Below, in pieces: positions 54,664 to 63,435 of a stretch of DNA of 64,000 nt. The notes beneath the pieces are model-generated. The model saw only the letters and a program-made list of their open reading frames with translations, searched no databases and had not been told where the DNA came from. Position numbers and translations under genes: made by a program. The DNA is from an uncultured Chloroflexia bacterium (lineage in GTDB: Bacteria; Chloroflexota; Limnocylindria; Limnocylindrales; CSP1-4): contig CAVXEB010000004.1 of NCBI GenBank assembly GCA_963760735.1, positions 1,592,329 through 1,656,328 of the forward strand. The letters are read 5' to 3'. Position 1 is the first letter of the stretch. Each line of letters begins with the position of its first letter.

Positions 54664-56016
54664 ATGCACAGGAAATTGATCGGGTTGGCGACGGCGAGCG
54701 TGCTGCTCGTCACCGCCTGCGGCTCGTCGACCGCGTCACCCACGCCCGCGACTTCGGCCGCAGCCAACCCGGGGAGCGAGGCGCCGGCCGCCAGCGCGCC
54801 GGTCGCCGTCACCAACCTGAACCTTCGCTACTGCTGGGGCGGCGAGGGTGAAGTCAAGGCGATGGAAAAGGTCATCTCGGCCTGGAATGCGAAGAACCCC
54901 GACATCCAGGTCACGGGCATCAGCGGCAGCATCAACACCGAAGAGGTCGCCGCCGCCGTCGCCGGGGGCGCGCCACCGGACATGGTGATCATGTGCGACA
55001 ACGGCGCCGTTGCCGGCTTCGCGCACGACAAGGTGATCATGCAGCTCGATCCGCTCCTGGACTCGATCAAGGCGGACAAGAGCAACATCATCCCGGCGGC
55101 CCTCAAGTGGGTGACGTATCAGGGCGGGCTCTACGGATTGCCATTCGGCCAGGACACGTGGGCGCTCTACTACGACACCGACGCCTTCAAGGCAGCCGGC
55201 CTCGACCCCACCAAGCCGCCGACGACCCCGGACGAGCTCTGGGCCGACGCCGCAAAGCTCACGAAGACGAACGCCGACGGGAGCCTGGCCCGCGCCGGGT
55301 TCATCCCCAACGATCCGGACCCGAACCTTGAGTCGACCTCGAACCTGTTCAACTGCCAGACCTACGACGAGTCGGCCAAGAAGATCACGCTGAACAGCCC
55401 CGAGTGCGTCGCCTGGTTCAACTGGTACAAGAAGTGGTACGACGAGTACAACAAGAACAACGCGATGGTCAACCTCGCCTCCACGCGAACCGGTGGCGAC
55501 GCCGGGCTGTTTATCGCCGGCCAGCAGGCGATGGTGATCATGGGCGAGTGGGAGAACGGCGCGTCGTATCTTCCGCAGACGGCCCCGAATCTCCACTACG
55601 CCACCGCCCCGATCCCAGCGGTCAGCCCGGACAAGTACGGTGCGGCGTTCATCAACGGCAACGCGTTCATGATCCCGACGGGCTCCAAGAACCCCGAGGC
55701 CGCGGCGAAGTTCGGCATGTACCTCATGACCGACGAACCGTCGAAGACGATGTCGCTCCAGAACGCAAGCGTGCCGCAGCTGACGTCGCTCCTGACGGAC
55801 CCGGAGATGCTGGCGATCCCGAACCAGAAGACCTTCCTGGACCTCGTGAACCACAAGGACGCCTGGGTCACGCCGATGATCTCGGTCTACCCGCAGATCA
55901 AGGACGGCCTCGCGAGCGCGCTGAGCGCGGTCCTGACCGGTGGCGCCGACCCGAAGAAGGCGCTCGACGATCTGGCCGGCCAGGTCCAGTCCCAGCTCGA
56001 CGCGAACGGGCCGTAG
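54664..56016 (+). CDS. Extracellular solute-binding lipoprotein (ABC sugar transporter, family 1)
   Basis: The signal peptide has a lipobox (LLVTAC). GGAGGAG RBS. Family 1 SBP sequence pattern. Confidence 0.85.
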   Translation: MHRKLIGLATASVLLVTACGSSTASPTPATSAAANPGSEAPAASAPVAVTNLNLRYCWGGEGEVKAMEKVISAWNAKNPDIQVTGISGSINTEEVAAAVAGGAPPDMVIMCDNGAVAGFAHDKVIMQLDPLLDSIKADKSNIIPAALKWVTYQGGLYGLPFGQDTWALYYDTDAFKAAGLDPTKPPTTPDELWADAAKLTKTNADGSLARAGFIPNDPDPNLESTSNLFNCQTYDESAKKITLNSPECVAWFNWYKKWYDEYNKNNAMVNLASTRTGGDAGLFIAGQQAMVIMGEWENGASYLPQTAPNLHYATAPIPAVSPDKYGAAFINGNAFMIPTGSKNPEAAAKFGMYLMTDEPSKTMSLQNASVPQLTSLLTDPEMLAIPNQKTFLDLVNHKDAWVTPMISVYPQIKDGLASALSAVLTGGADPKKALDDLAGQVQSQLDANGP

Positions 56017-56189
56017 CCCTTGAGCGTCGATCGTCGTCCATGACGTCCTAGGCCGGCGGAACCGGCCGCCATGAGCCATCCAGGCTCTCGGCCCGTCCTC
56101 CTCCATTCGAGCCGCCGTCCCGGTCCCCCGGACCGGGCGGCGGCTCGTCCGCGTGGACCGCGTGCGTCGCGCCGCGTGCCGCAGGCCCG

Positions 56190-58814
56190 ATGACCGAGCT
56201 GCCGGTGGCGGTCGACCTCCGGGTCGAGGGCGTCGTCGATCCGATCGGCCTCGACGAGCTCCGGCCACGGCTCAGCTGGCGCGTCGCGCTGGCCCACCCG
56301 TCCACCCACCAGTCCTCATTCGCCATCGAGGTATCCGGCGATCCGACCGTCGCTCCCGCGGCCGTGGTCTGGTCCCGCACCGACGTCGCAGGCCCGGACA
56401 CCGCGATCGTCTACGACGGCCCACCAGCGGGCTCGCGGGAGCGACGCTTCTGGAGAGTCCGGGTCGCCGACGACCGCGGGGCCGCCGGTCCGTGGAGCGC
56501 GCCTGCGTCCTGGGAGTCTGGTCTCCTCGCCCCCGACGACTGGATCGGTCGGTGGATCGCATGGATCGATCCGGCACGAGCGAGCTGGTCGTCCCGGAGC
56601 CCGATCCTTCGGCGGTCGTTCCGGGTCGCCGGGGCCGCCACCCGAGCGCGGGCGTACGTGACGGCGCTCGGGCTCGTGGAGCTGAGCCTCAACGGCCGTC
56701 GCGTCGGCGCCGACCGGTTGGCACCGGGGTGGACCGATTACCGGCGCCGCATCCAGTACCGAACCAGCGACGTCCTGGACCTGCTCCGACCCGGGGAGAA
56801 CGTCATCGCCGCGCGTCTCGGGCGCGGCTGGTTCGCCGGCGAGGTCGGGGACTTCGGGGCCGAGCAATACGGGGACTTCCCCGCCCTCATGGCCCAGGTC
56901 GAGGTCGACCGCGCGGACGGACGTCGGACGATCGTCGCGACCGACACGACGTGGCGAGCCCATCCGGGGCCGCTCGTCGAGGACGACTTGTTGTTCGGCG
57001 AGACGGTCGACGCGCGCGACGAGCCCACCGGCTGGGACGCGCCGGGCTTCCCGGACGACGACTGGCAGCCGGTCATCGTCCGGGCCGCGCCGGGTGGCCG
57101 ACTCGTCGCCCAGCGGGACGCGGGGGTGCGGATCGTCGACGAGCTGGCGCCCGCGGCGATGACGAGCGTCGCGCCGGACCGCCAGATCGTCGACTTCGGC
57201 CAGAACCTGGCGGGACATGTCCGGATCCGCGCCATGCAGAGCGCCGGGACGACGATCACGATCCGCCACGCCGAGGCCCTCGACGCCAGGGGCGAGCTCT
57301 ACACGGCGAACCTCCGAACGGCCCGGCAGACCGATCGGTACACCTTCGGGGGCAACGGCGAGGAGGTCTTCGAGCCGCGCTTCACCTCCCACGGCTTCCG
57401 GTACGTGGAGATCAGCGGGCTGCCGGAGGGCCTGGATCGCGGTCAGCTGACGGCCCGCGTCGTGAGCTCGATGGGCCCGGCGACGGGGTCATTCGCCTGC
57501 TCCGACGAGCTCGTCAACGCGATCCACCGCAACGTCGTCTGGGGTCTCCGCGGCGGGATCGTCGGGATCCCGACCGACTGCCCGCAGCGAGACGAGCGGC
57601 TCGGCTGGACGGCGGACGTCGCGGCGATGGCCCCGAGCGCCCTCTTCCTCGCCGACACGGCGCCTGTCTTCGAGAAGTGGCTCATCGACCTCGCCGATGC
57701 CCAGCCGCCGTCCGGCGCGTATCCGGACATCGCGCCGCGCATCGGCGTGACCGGGTCGGGCAACGCCGGCTGGGCGGACGCCGGCGTGGCTCTGCCGTGG
57801 GTCATCCATCAGCGGACCGGGGACGGCCGGGTCATCGAGCGGCAGTACGACTCGATGCGGCGGTTCGTCCGGTTTCTCGAGGCCGACCAGGTCGGCGGTC
57901 TCCGCCACGGTGGTCGGTACGGCGACTGGCTGGCGCTCGAGACCCCGACCGGCCTCGAGCTGATCGGCACGGCGTACCTGACGCGGTCCGCAGCGCTCTT
58001 CGCCCGGATGGCCCGCATGCTCGGCAACGACGAGGACGCGGACGCGGCCGCCCGGCTTGCCGCCCGTTCGCGGGCGGCCTTCCGACGTCGGTTCGCGCCC
58101 GGCGGCGTGCTCCGCGAGGAGACCCAGACCGGCTACGCCCTGGCCCTCGGGTTCGAGCTCCTCCCCCGCAGCGTCAGGTCGGCGGCCTCGAGCCGCCTCG
58201 CCGACCTGATCCGGGCGGCAGACGATCATCTCCTGACCGGGTTCCTGGGCACGGGGCTCGTGCTGGCGGTCCTGTCCGACCACGGACACCACGAGCTGGC
58301 CGCCAGGGTCGTCCGTCAGGAGACCTATCCCGGCTGGGGCTTCGAGGTCCGCCAGGGGGCAACGACGATCTGGGAGCGCTGGAATTCCTGGACTCCGGAG
58401 GAGGGGTTCGCCGACCCGGGAATGAACTCGCTCAACCACGCCGCCCTGGGCTCGGTCGCCGACTGGCTCCATGAGCGCCTGGCCGGTCTCGCGCCAGGGG
58501 CGCCCGGCTATCGGACGATGCTCGTCCGCCCGGGACCGGCAACGGGCATCGAGTGGGCGCGCGCGACGCACGAGTCGGCCCATGGACTGCATTCGGTCGA
58601 GTGGGCGGCCGACCGGCAGCGCCTCGAGGTCATCGTCGAGGTGCCACCGAACACGTTCGCTGACATCATGGTTCCCGAGGGGGGACGAGCGCTCACCCTC
58701 AACGGGCGTCGCCCGCGAACCGGCGCCGCGGGTCTCCTGCGGATCGCCGGGTCCGGCACGGAGGGCCGCCTCACGCTCAGCTGCGGCCGCCACGTCGTGG
58801 AGGTCGCGCGCTGA
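56190..58814 (+). CDS. Alpha-L-rhamnosidase (glycoside hydrolase family 78)
   Basis: N-terminal LRVEGVVDPIGLDELRPRLSWRV; the (alpha/alpha)6 catalytic-domain motifs are IVGIPTDCPQRDERLGWTADVAA. Confidence 0.85.
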   Translation: MTELPVAVDLRVEGVVDPIGLDELRPRLSWRVALAHPSTHQSSFAIEVSGDPTVAPAAVVWSRTDVAGPDTAIVYDGPPAGSRERRFWRVRVADDRGAAGPWSAPASWESGLLAPDDWIGRWIAWIDPARASWSSRSPILRRSFRVAGAATRARAYVTALGLVELSLNGRRVGADRLAPGWTDYRRRIQYRTSDVLDLLRPGENVIAARLGRGWFAGEVGDFGAEQYGDFPALMAQVEVDRADGRRTIVATDTTWRAHPGPLVEDDLLFGETVDARDEPTGWDAPGFPDDDWQPVIVRAAPGGRLVAQRDAGVRIVDELAPAAMTSVAPDRQIVDFGQNLAGHVRIRAMQSAGTTITIRHAEALDARGELYTANLRTARQTDRYTFGGNGEEVFEPRFTSHGFRYVEISGLPEGLDRGQLTARVVSSMGPATGSFACSDELVNAIHRNVVWGLRGGIVGIPTDCPQRDERLGWTADVAAMAPSALFLADTAPVFEKWLIDLADAQPPSGAYPDIAPRIGVTGSGNAGWADAGVALPWVIHQRTGDGRVIERQYDSMRRFVRFLEADQVGGLRHGGRYGDWLALETPTGLELIGTAYLTRSAALFARMARMLGNDEDADAAARLAARSRAAFRRRFAPGGVLREETQTGYALALGFELLPRSVRSAASSRLADLIRAADDHLLTGFLGTGLVLAVLSDHGHHELAARVVRQETYPGWGFEVRQGATTIWERWNSWTPEEGFADPGMNSLNHAALGSVADWLHERLAGLAPGAPGYRTMLVRPGPATGIEWARATHESAHGLHSVEWAADRQRLEVIVEVPPNTFADIMVPEGGRALTLNGRRPRTGAAGLLRIAGSGTEGRLTLSCGRHVVEVAR

Positions 58815-58816
58815 CG

Positions 58817-60163
58817 ATGGCGACCCGATCCGTTCCAGGGTCCGGCGCCACACCCTGGGAGCGCCCCGCGCCGGCGGATCGGGCCGCGCGCAGCGAGGCT
58901 ATCGAGCGGCGCATCCGCAACGCAGCCGGACGCGTCGCCGACCCGGGGCTCCGCCGTCTCCTGGAGGGGACGCTGCCGAACACCCTCGACACGACGATCG
59001 TCGCGGGTGGCACGGATGCCCGCCCCGACACGTTCGTCGTGACCGGGGACATCGACGCGATGTGGCTGCGCGACTCGACCGCCCAGGTCTGGCCGTATCT
59101 CGCCTCGATCCGCGACGACGCCGGGCTCGATCGTCTGATCCGGGGGGTGATCCACCGCCAGAGCGACCAGATCCTGCTCGATCCGTACGCGAATGCATTC
59201 CGGTCCGACGACGAGCCGAGCGAGTGGGCGAGCGACGAGACCGACATGCGGCCGGGCGTGCACGAACGGAAGTGGGAGCCGGATTCGCTCTTCGCGTTCT
59301 GCCGGCTGTCCGCCGGGTATCGGAGCGCCGGCGGCACGCTCCGACCGTTCGATGCGGCCTGGCGCGGCGCCCTCGAGTCGGTCCTCCGGACGCTGCGGAC
59401 GGAGCAGCGACTCGACGGCGCCAGCCCGTACCGGTTCCGCCGGCCGAACGGCGATCCCACGGACGTCGTGCCGAACGACGGCCGCGGCGCGGCGACGCGC
59501 CCGAACGGAATGGTGCACGGCGCCTTCCGGCCTTCCGACGACGCGTCCGATCTGCCGTTGAACGTCCCGATCAACCTCGCCCTCGCGGCCGCCCTCGACG
59601 CGGTGGCTCCACTCGTCGTTACGATCGGCGATCACGAGGCTGCGAAGGAGGCCCGCTCTCTGGCCGCGGAGATCCGCGCCGGCGTCGCCCGCGATGGGAT
59701 CGTCCGGCGGGGATCGGCGTCCGTCTGGCTCTACGAGGTGGACGGACTCGGCGGGCAGGTCCGGATGGACGACGCGAACGTGCCCAGCCTCCTGTCCCTG
59801 CCATACCTCGGCGCCTGCGACGTTGCCGACCCGACCTACGTTGCGACCCGCAGCTGGGTCCTGTCGGCCGCCAACCCATGGTGGTTCCAGGGCGGGCTCG
59901 GAGACGGCATCGGGTCGCCGCACACGGGCCCGCGGCGGATCTGGCCGATCGCCGTGGCCATGCGCGGCCTGACCGCGACCTCCGACAGCGAACGGGTGGC
60001 TGCCGCTCGCCTGCTCGGCACCTCCCACGCGGGAACGTATCTCGCCCACGAGTCCTTCGACCCCGACGACCCGACGCGGTTCACCCGGTCATGGTTCGCC
60101 TGGGCCAACTCGCTGGTCGGCGAGTTCCTCGAGCGCGCGGCGCTCGACGGCCTCCTGGGGTAG
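58817..60163 (+). CDS. GH125-like (DUF1237) metal-independent alpha-mannosidase family protein
   Basis: GDIDAMWLRDSTAQVWPYL and the overall (alpha/alpha)6 pattern; 2-nt gap after the GH78 stop. Confidence 0.55.
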   Translation: MATRSVPGSGATPWERPAPADRAARSEAIERRIRNAAGRVADPGLRRLLEGTLPNTLDTTIVAGGTDARPDTFVVTGDIDAMWLRDSTAQVWPYLASIRDDAGLDRLIRGVIHRQSDQILLDPYANAFRSDDEPSEWASDETDMRPGVHERKWEPDSLFAFCRLSAGYRSAGGTLRPFDAAWRGALESVLRTLRTEQRLDGASPYRFRRPNGDPTDVVPNDGRGAATRPNGMVHGAFRPSDDASDLPLNVPINLALAAALDAVAPLVVTIGDHEAAKEARSLAAEIRAGVARDGIVRRGSASVWLYEVDGLGGQVRMDDANVPSLLSLPYLGACDVADPTYVATRSWVLSAANPWWFQGGLGDGIGSPHTGPRRIWPIAVAMRGLTATSDSERVAAARLLGTSHAGTYLAHESFDPDDPTRFTRSWFAWANSLVGEFLERAALDGLLG

Positions 60164-60188
60164 ACAGGGACGATCGCCGCGGCGGTCC

Positions 60189-60992
60189 TCAGCCGACCCG
60201 CTTCAGCTTGCCGGTCCGCTTGGCGTAGTGCTCCGCACGACCGAAGGCCCAGAGCCCGATCGGGATGTAGACGAAGCCCATCACGATCAGGGGCCAGACG
60301 TCATCCCACAGCTGGCTGACGGGCGTCCCCTCCACGATCCCCTTTCGGACGCCATCGAGGACGTAGGTCGCAGGCGAGAACTTCGAGAGCACCTGCATCC
60401 AGCCGGGCAGGATCGTGACCGAGTAATACACGCCGCTGACGAGCAGCAGGCACGACTGCAGGACGAACGTCATCTGCGCCCCGCGCTCCACGTAGAGGAG
60501 GGGCAGGATCGCGGCGATCACCCCGATCCCGACGAAGCTGAACGAGCCGAGCGCCATGAACACCGCGGCGGTCCCCGGGTTCGCCTTCGACAGGTCGATC
60601 GCCGGGAAGAAGAGCACGAGGACCGCGAAGATCACCACCGTGTGGATCAACCCGTAGACGATCGCGTAGGACACCTGGCCGATGAGCCGCGACGAGCGCC
60701 GGATCGGCGCCATCATCGTGTACTCGAGCGTGCCCTCCCAGCGCTCGACCGCGATCGTCTCCGCGATCCAGCTGAACACCACCGAGAGGTAGTTCCAGAA
60801 GATCGCCCCCACCATCAGGGACAGGACGAGCGCCGCGCTGCCCTGGTCGACCCCGATGAGCGAGATCGAGAGCGCGCTCGCGACGGAGTAGACGAGGAAG
60901 GCGACCTCCCACGCCCAGGTCCGCCGGGTCAGGAAGAAGTTCCGCTCCATGAAGGCGTACGACGCCCGGAGCTCGTGGCCGAGCGTGGTCAT
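60189..60992 (-). CDS. ABC-2 type exporter permease
   Basis: Six TM helices; the ABC-2 family pattern overlaps the ATPase gene by 4 nt. Confidence 0.8.
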   Translation of the reverse strand: MTTLGHELRASYAFMERNFFLTRRTWAWEVAFLVYSVASALSISLIGVDQGSAALVLSLMVGAIFWNYLSVVFSWIAETIAVERWEGTLEYTMMAPIRRSSRLIGQVSYAIVYGLIHTVVIFAVLVLFFPAIDLSKANPGTAAVFMALGSFSFVGIGVIAAILPLLYVERGAQMTFVLQSCLLLVSGVYYSVTILPGWMQVLSKFSPATYVLDGVRKGIVEGTPVSQLWDDVWPLIVMGFVYIPIGLWAFGRAEHYAKRTGKLKRVG

Positions 60993-61861
60993 GGCGTGCC
61001 CTCCTCGGCGTCCTCGGAGATGTCGTCATCGAGAGAGCGGCCGGTCCAGGCCATGAACACGTCCCAGAGCGTCGCCTCACGGCCGAGCCGGCTCGATGCC
61101 GATGCGACCAGACCCTCGGGCGTGTCGCTCGCGACCACGCGCCCGCCGTCGATGATCGTGATCGCGTCGGACAGGCGCTCGGCCTCGGCGAGGTCGTGCG
61201 TGGTCAGCACGATCGTCGTGTCGTGGGTGGCACGGAGCTCCTCGACGAACTGCTGGACGTCGAGCTTCGAGCGCGGATCGAGCCCGGTCGTGGGCTCGTC
61301 CAGGAGGAGGAGGGTCGGACTCGTGAGGAGCGCTCTGGCGATCGCGACCTTCTGCTGCATGCCCCGGCTCATCTGCTCGATCGGCCGATCCACCCGATCA
61401 CTGCCGACGTGGAGGCGCTCGAGGATGGCGTAGACGGTCCGCCTGGCCGTCGGCATGTCGAGGCCGTAGGTCCGCGCGGCGAAGGTGAGGTTCTCCATCG
61501 GGCTGAGCTTCTTGAAGAAGGCCGCATCGACGCTGACCCGGTTGATCAGGCGCTTGACCCGCAGCTCGTCGCGCTCGATGTCGAGCCCGAACACCTCGAC
61601 CCGGCCCGCATCCAGGGTCAGGAGGCCCGCGATCAGCCGGATCAGGGTCGACTTGCCGGACCCGTTGGCGCCGAGGACGCCGTGGATGTCCCCGCGCTCG
61701 AGACGCAGGGACACGTCCGTGACGGCGTCGACGGGCGCCTGATGGCGACCGGTGACGAAGGTCTTGAAGACGTGGTCGACGAGCAGCGCGGGAGGCTGGG
61801 GCGCCCCCGGCGCGATGGGCGGCTGTGACGAGAGTGGGCGTGCGATCGGGTTCAGGGTCAT
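60989..61861 (-). CDS. ABC transporter ATP-binding protein
   Basis: Walker A GANGSGKST, signature MSRGMQQKV and Walker B LLLLDEP. Confidence 0.85.
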   Translation of the reverse strand: MTLNPIARPLSSQPPIAPGAPQPPALLVDHVFKTFVTGRHQAPVDAVTDVSLRLERGDIHGVLGANGSGKSTLIRLIAGLLTLDAGRVEVFGLDIERDELRVKRLINRVSVDAAFFKKLSPMENLTFAARTYGLDMPTARRTVYAILERLHVGSDRVDRPIEQMSRGMQQKVAIARALLTSPTLLLLDEPTTGLDPRSKLDVQQFVEELRATHDTTIVLTTHDLAEAERLSDAITIIDGGRVVASDTPEGLVASASSRLGREATLWDVFMAWTGRSLDDDISEDAEEGTP

Positions 61862-62208
61862 GGTGGTCTCGGGGCGTGCAGGGCGACAACCGGAGGCGGC
61901 GCGCGGACCGATCGTCCCGGATCCAGCGGCTCACAACAGAGAAGCCGCGGGTCTGGCCCACGGCTCCCGGGTTTCCATGTGGCGGCGACGCCGCCGCGCT
62001 ACCCCCGAACGACCGACGCTCGGGTGCGGATCTCAACGCTCTCGTGGGCCTGCGCGCATCGAACTGCGGTCTCCATCCGATGGCCTCACGTAGCGGAATC
62101 CATCCGACGGTCCATCTTTGGTTCAGACGGACGCCGAAGGCCGATTGTAGGGATGGTCCCGGTCCGCGTCAAAGTGAGCGGCAGGCAGACCCCTTTCACT
62201 TGACTAGT

Positions 62209-62230
62209 CTGGTTCACTTTTGGTTCAATG
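62209..62230 (+). promoter_or_regulatory. GGTTCA direct-repeat motif site 6 (CTGGTTCACTTTTGGTTCAATG), overlapping the annotated ATG of the P450. A half-site (TTTGGTTCAGA) lies at 62117-62127.
   Basis: Read directly from the sequence. Confidence 0.55.
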
Positions 62231-63418
62231 CGTCCGGTGAAGTCGTCTTCGGCGGTGGTGTGGAACCCGCTCGTCCCGCTGGACGATCCGTACCCGATCT
62301 ACCGCCGGCTACGGGACGAGGCGCCGCTCCATTACGACGACCAGTCCGACCTCTGGGTCCTGACGCGGTTCGACGACGTCCAGGCGGCCGGGAAGGACTG
62401 GGAGACCTTCTCGAGCAGCGTCGGCGGCCGGGGCAACGACGTCGACGACACCTACCAGCTCTTCCTGCCGGCCGGCGATCTCGCCGGGGTGGATCCTCCG
62501 GTTCACACCCGCCTTCGGGGCGCCCTCCGCCTCGCGTTCAGCCCGTCGGCGCTCCGCACCCGCTTCGAGCCGATCGTCCGCCGGAAGGCGATCCAGCTGA
62601 TCGAGGTCTTCATGGATGCCGGGCAGGCGGACTTCGCCCGCGACCTTGCGCGGCCGCTTCCCGGCACGACGATGTTCTCCTGGTTCGGCTTCCCGGAGAC
62701 GGACCATCCACAGCTGCTCGACTGGTTCGGCGACATGCTCGAGCGGGACCCCGGCGAGCGCGCGCTGCCGGATCGCGCGATTGCCGGCCGTGACCGGATG
62801 CGGGCGTACATGCAGGAAGCAGCGGCCGGCCGGCGGAGATCTCCGCGCGAGGACCTGATGACGTTTCTCGTCGAAGCCGAGGACTCCGGCCAGATCAGCG
62901 CCGACGAGCTCACCGGTGGCGCGATGCTGCTGTTCGTCGCGGGGATCACCACGACATCCGGGCTCATCTCCAACTCCCTGCTCCATCTCGATCGGTATCC
63001 GGACCAACGGGACCGCATCCGCGACGATCCGTCGGTCGTCCCCGCGGCCGTCGAGGAGCTGCTCCGGTACGACGCCCCGATCCAGGCCCTCGCGCGGACC
63101 GCGACGAGGGACGTCGAGATCCACGGCCGGGTGATCCCGCGAGACGCACGAGTCGCGCTAGTGTGGGCGTCCGCGAACCGCGACGAGCGGCGCTGGGCGG
63201 ATCCGGACCGACTCGACATCGACCGCGAGCTGCAACGACACATCACGTTCGGCGACGGGATCCACCACTGCCTCGGTGCTCCGCTGGCCCGCATGGAGGC
63301 GCGGATCGTCTTCGAGGAGCTCTTCCAGCGGATTCCCGAGTACGCCGTGTGCGGTCCGATCGTCCGGATCAAGACGCCGACGGACCGGGCGCTCGAGTCG
63401 CTGCCCGTCGAGTTCTGA
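62228..63418 (+). CDS. Cytochrome P450
   Basis: EELLRYDAP (ExxR), the PERF-like ERRWADPDRLD and heme-binding FGDGIHHCLGAPLA. The true start may be GTG 62240 or 62261 downstream of the motif. Confidence 0.85.
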   Translation: MRPVKSSSAVVWNPLVPLDDPYPIYRRLRDEAPLHYDDQSDLWVLTRFDDVQAAGKDWETFSSSVGGRGNDVDDTYQLFLPAGDLAGVDPPVHTRLRGALRLAFSPSALRTRFEPIVRRKAIQLIEVFMDAGQADFARDLARPLPGTTMFSWFGFPETDHPQLLDWFGDMLERDPGERALPDRAIAGRDRMRAYMQEAAAGRRRSPREDLMTFLVEAEDSGQISADELTGGAMLLFVAGITTTSGLISNSLLHLDRYPDQRDRIRDDPSVVPAAVEELLRYDAPIQALARTATRDVEIHGRVIPRDARVALVWASANRDERRWADPDRLDIDRELQRHITFGDGIHHCLGAPLARMEARIVFEELFQRIPEYAVCGPIVRIKTPTDRALESLPVEF

Positions 63419-63435
63419 CGGCCGGCGGCGGTGGG

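Noticed and set aside
56050-56066. GGCCGG-CGGAA-CCGGCC hairpin after the solute-binding-protein gene as an intrinsic terminator
   Set aside because: A stem-loop is present but there is no U-tract. In this GC range such hairpins occur by chance, so it is not listed as a feature.
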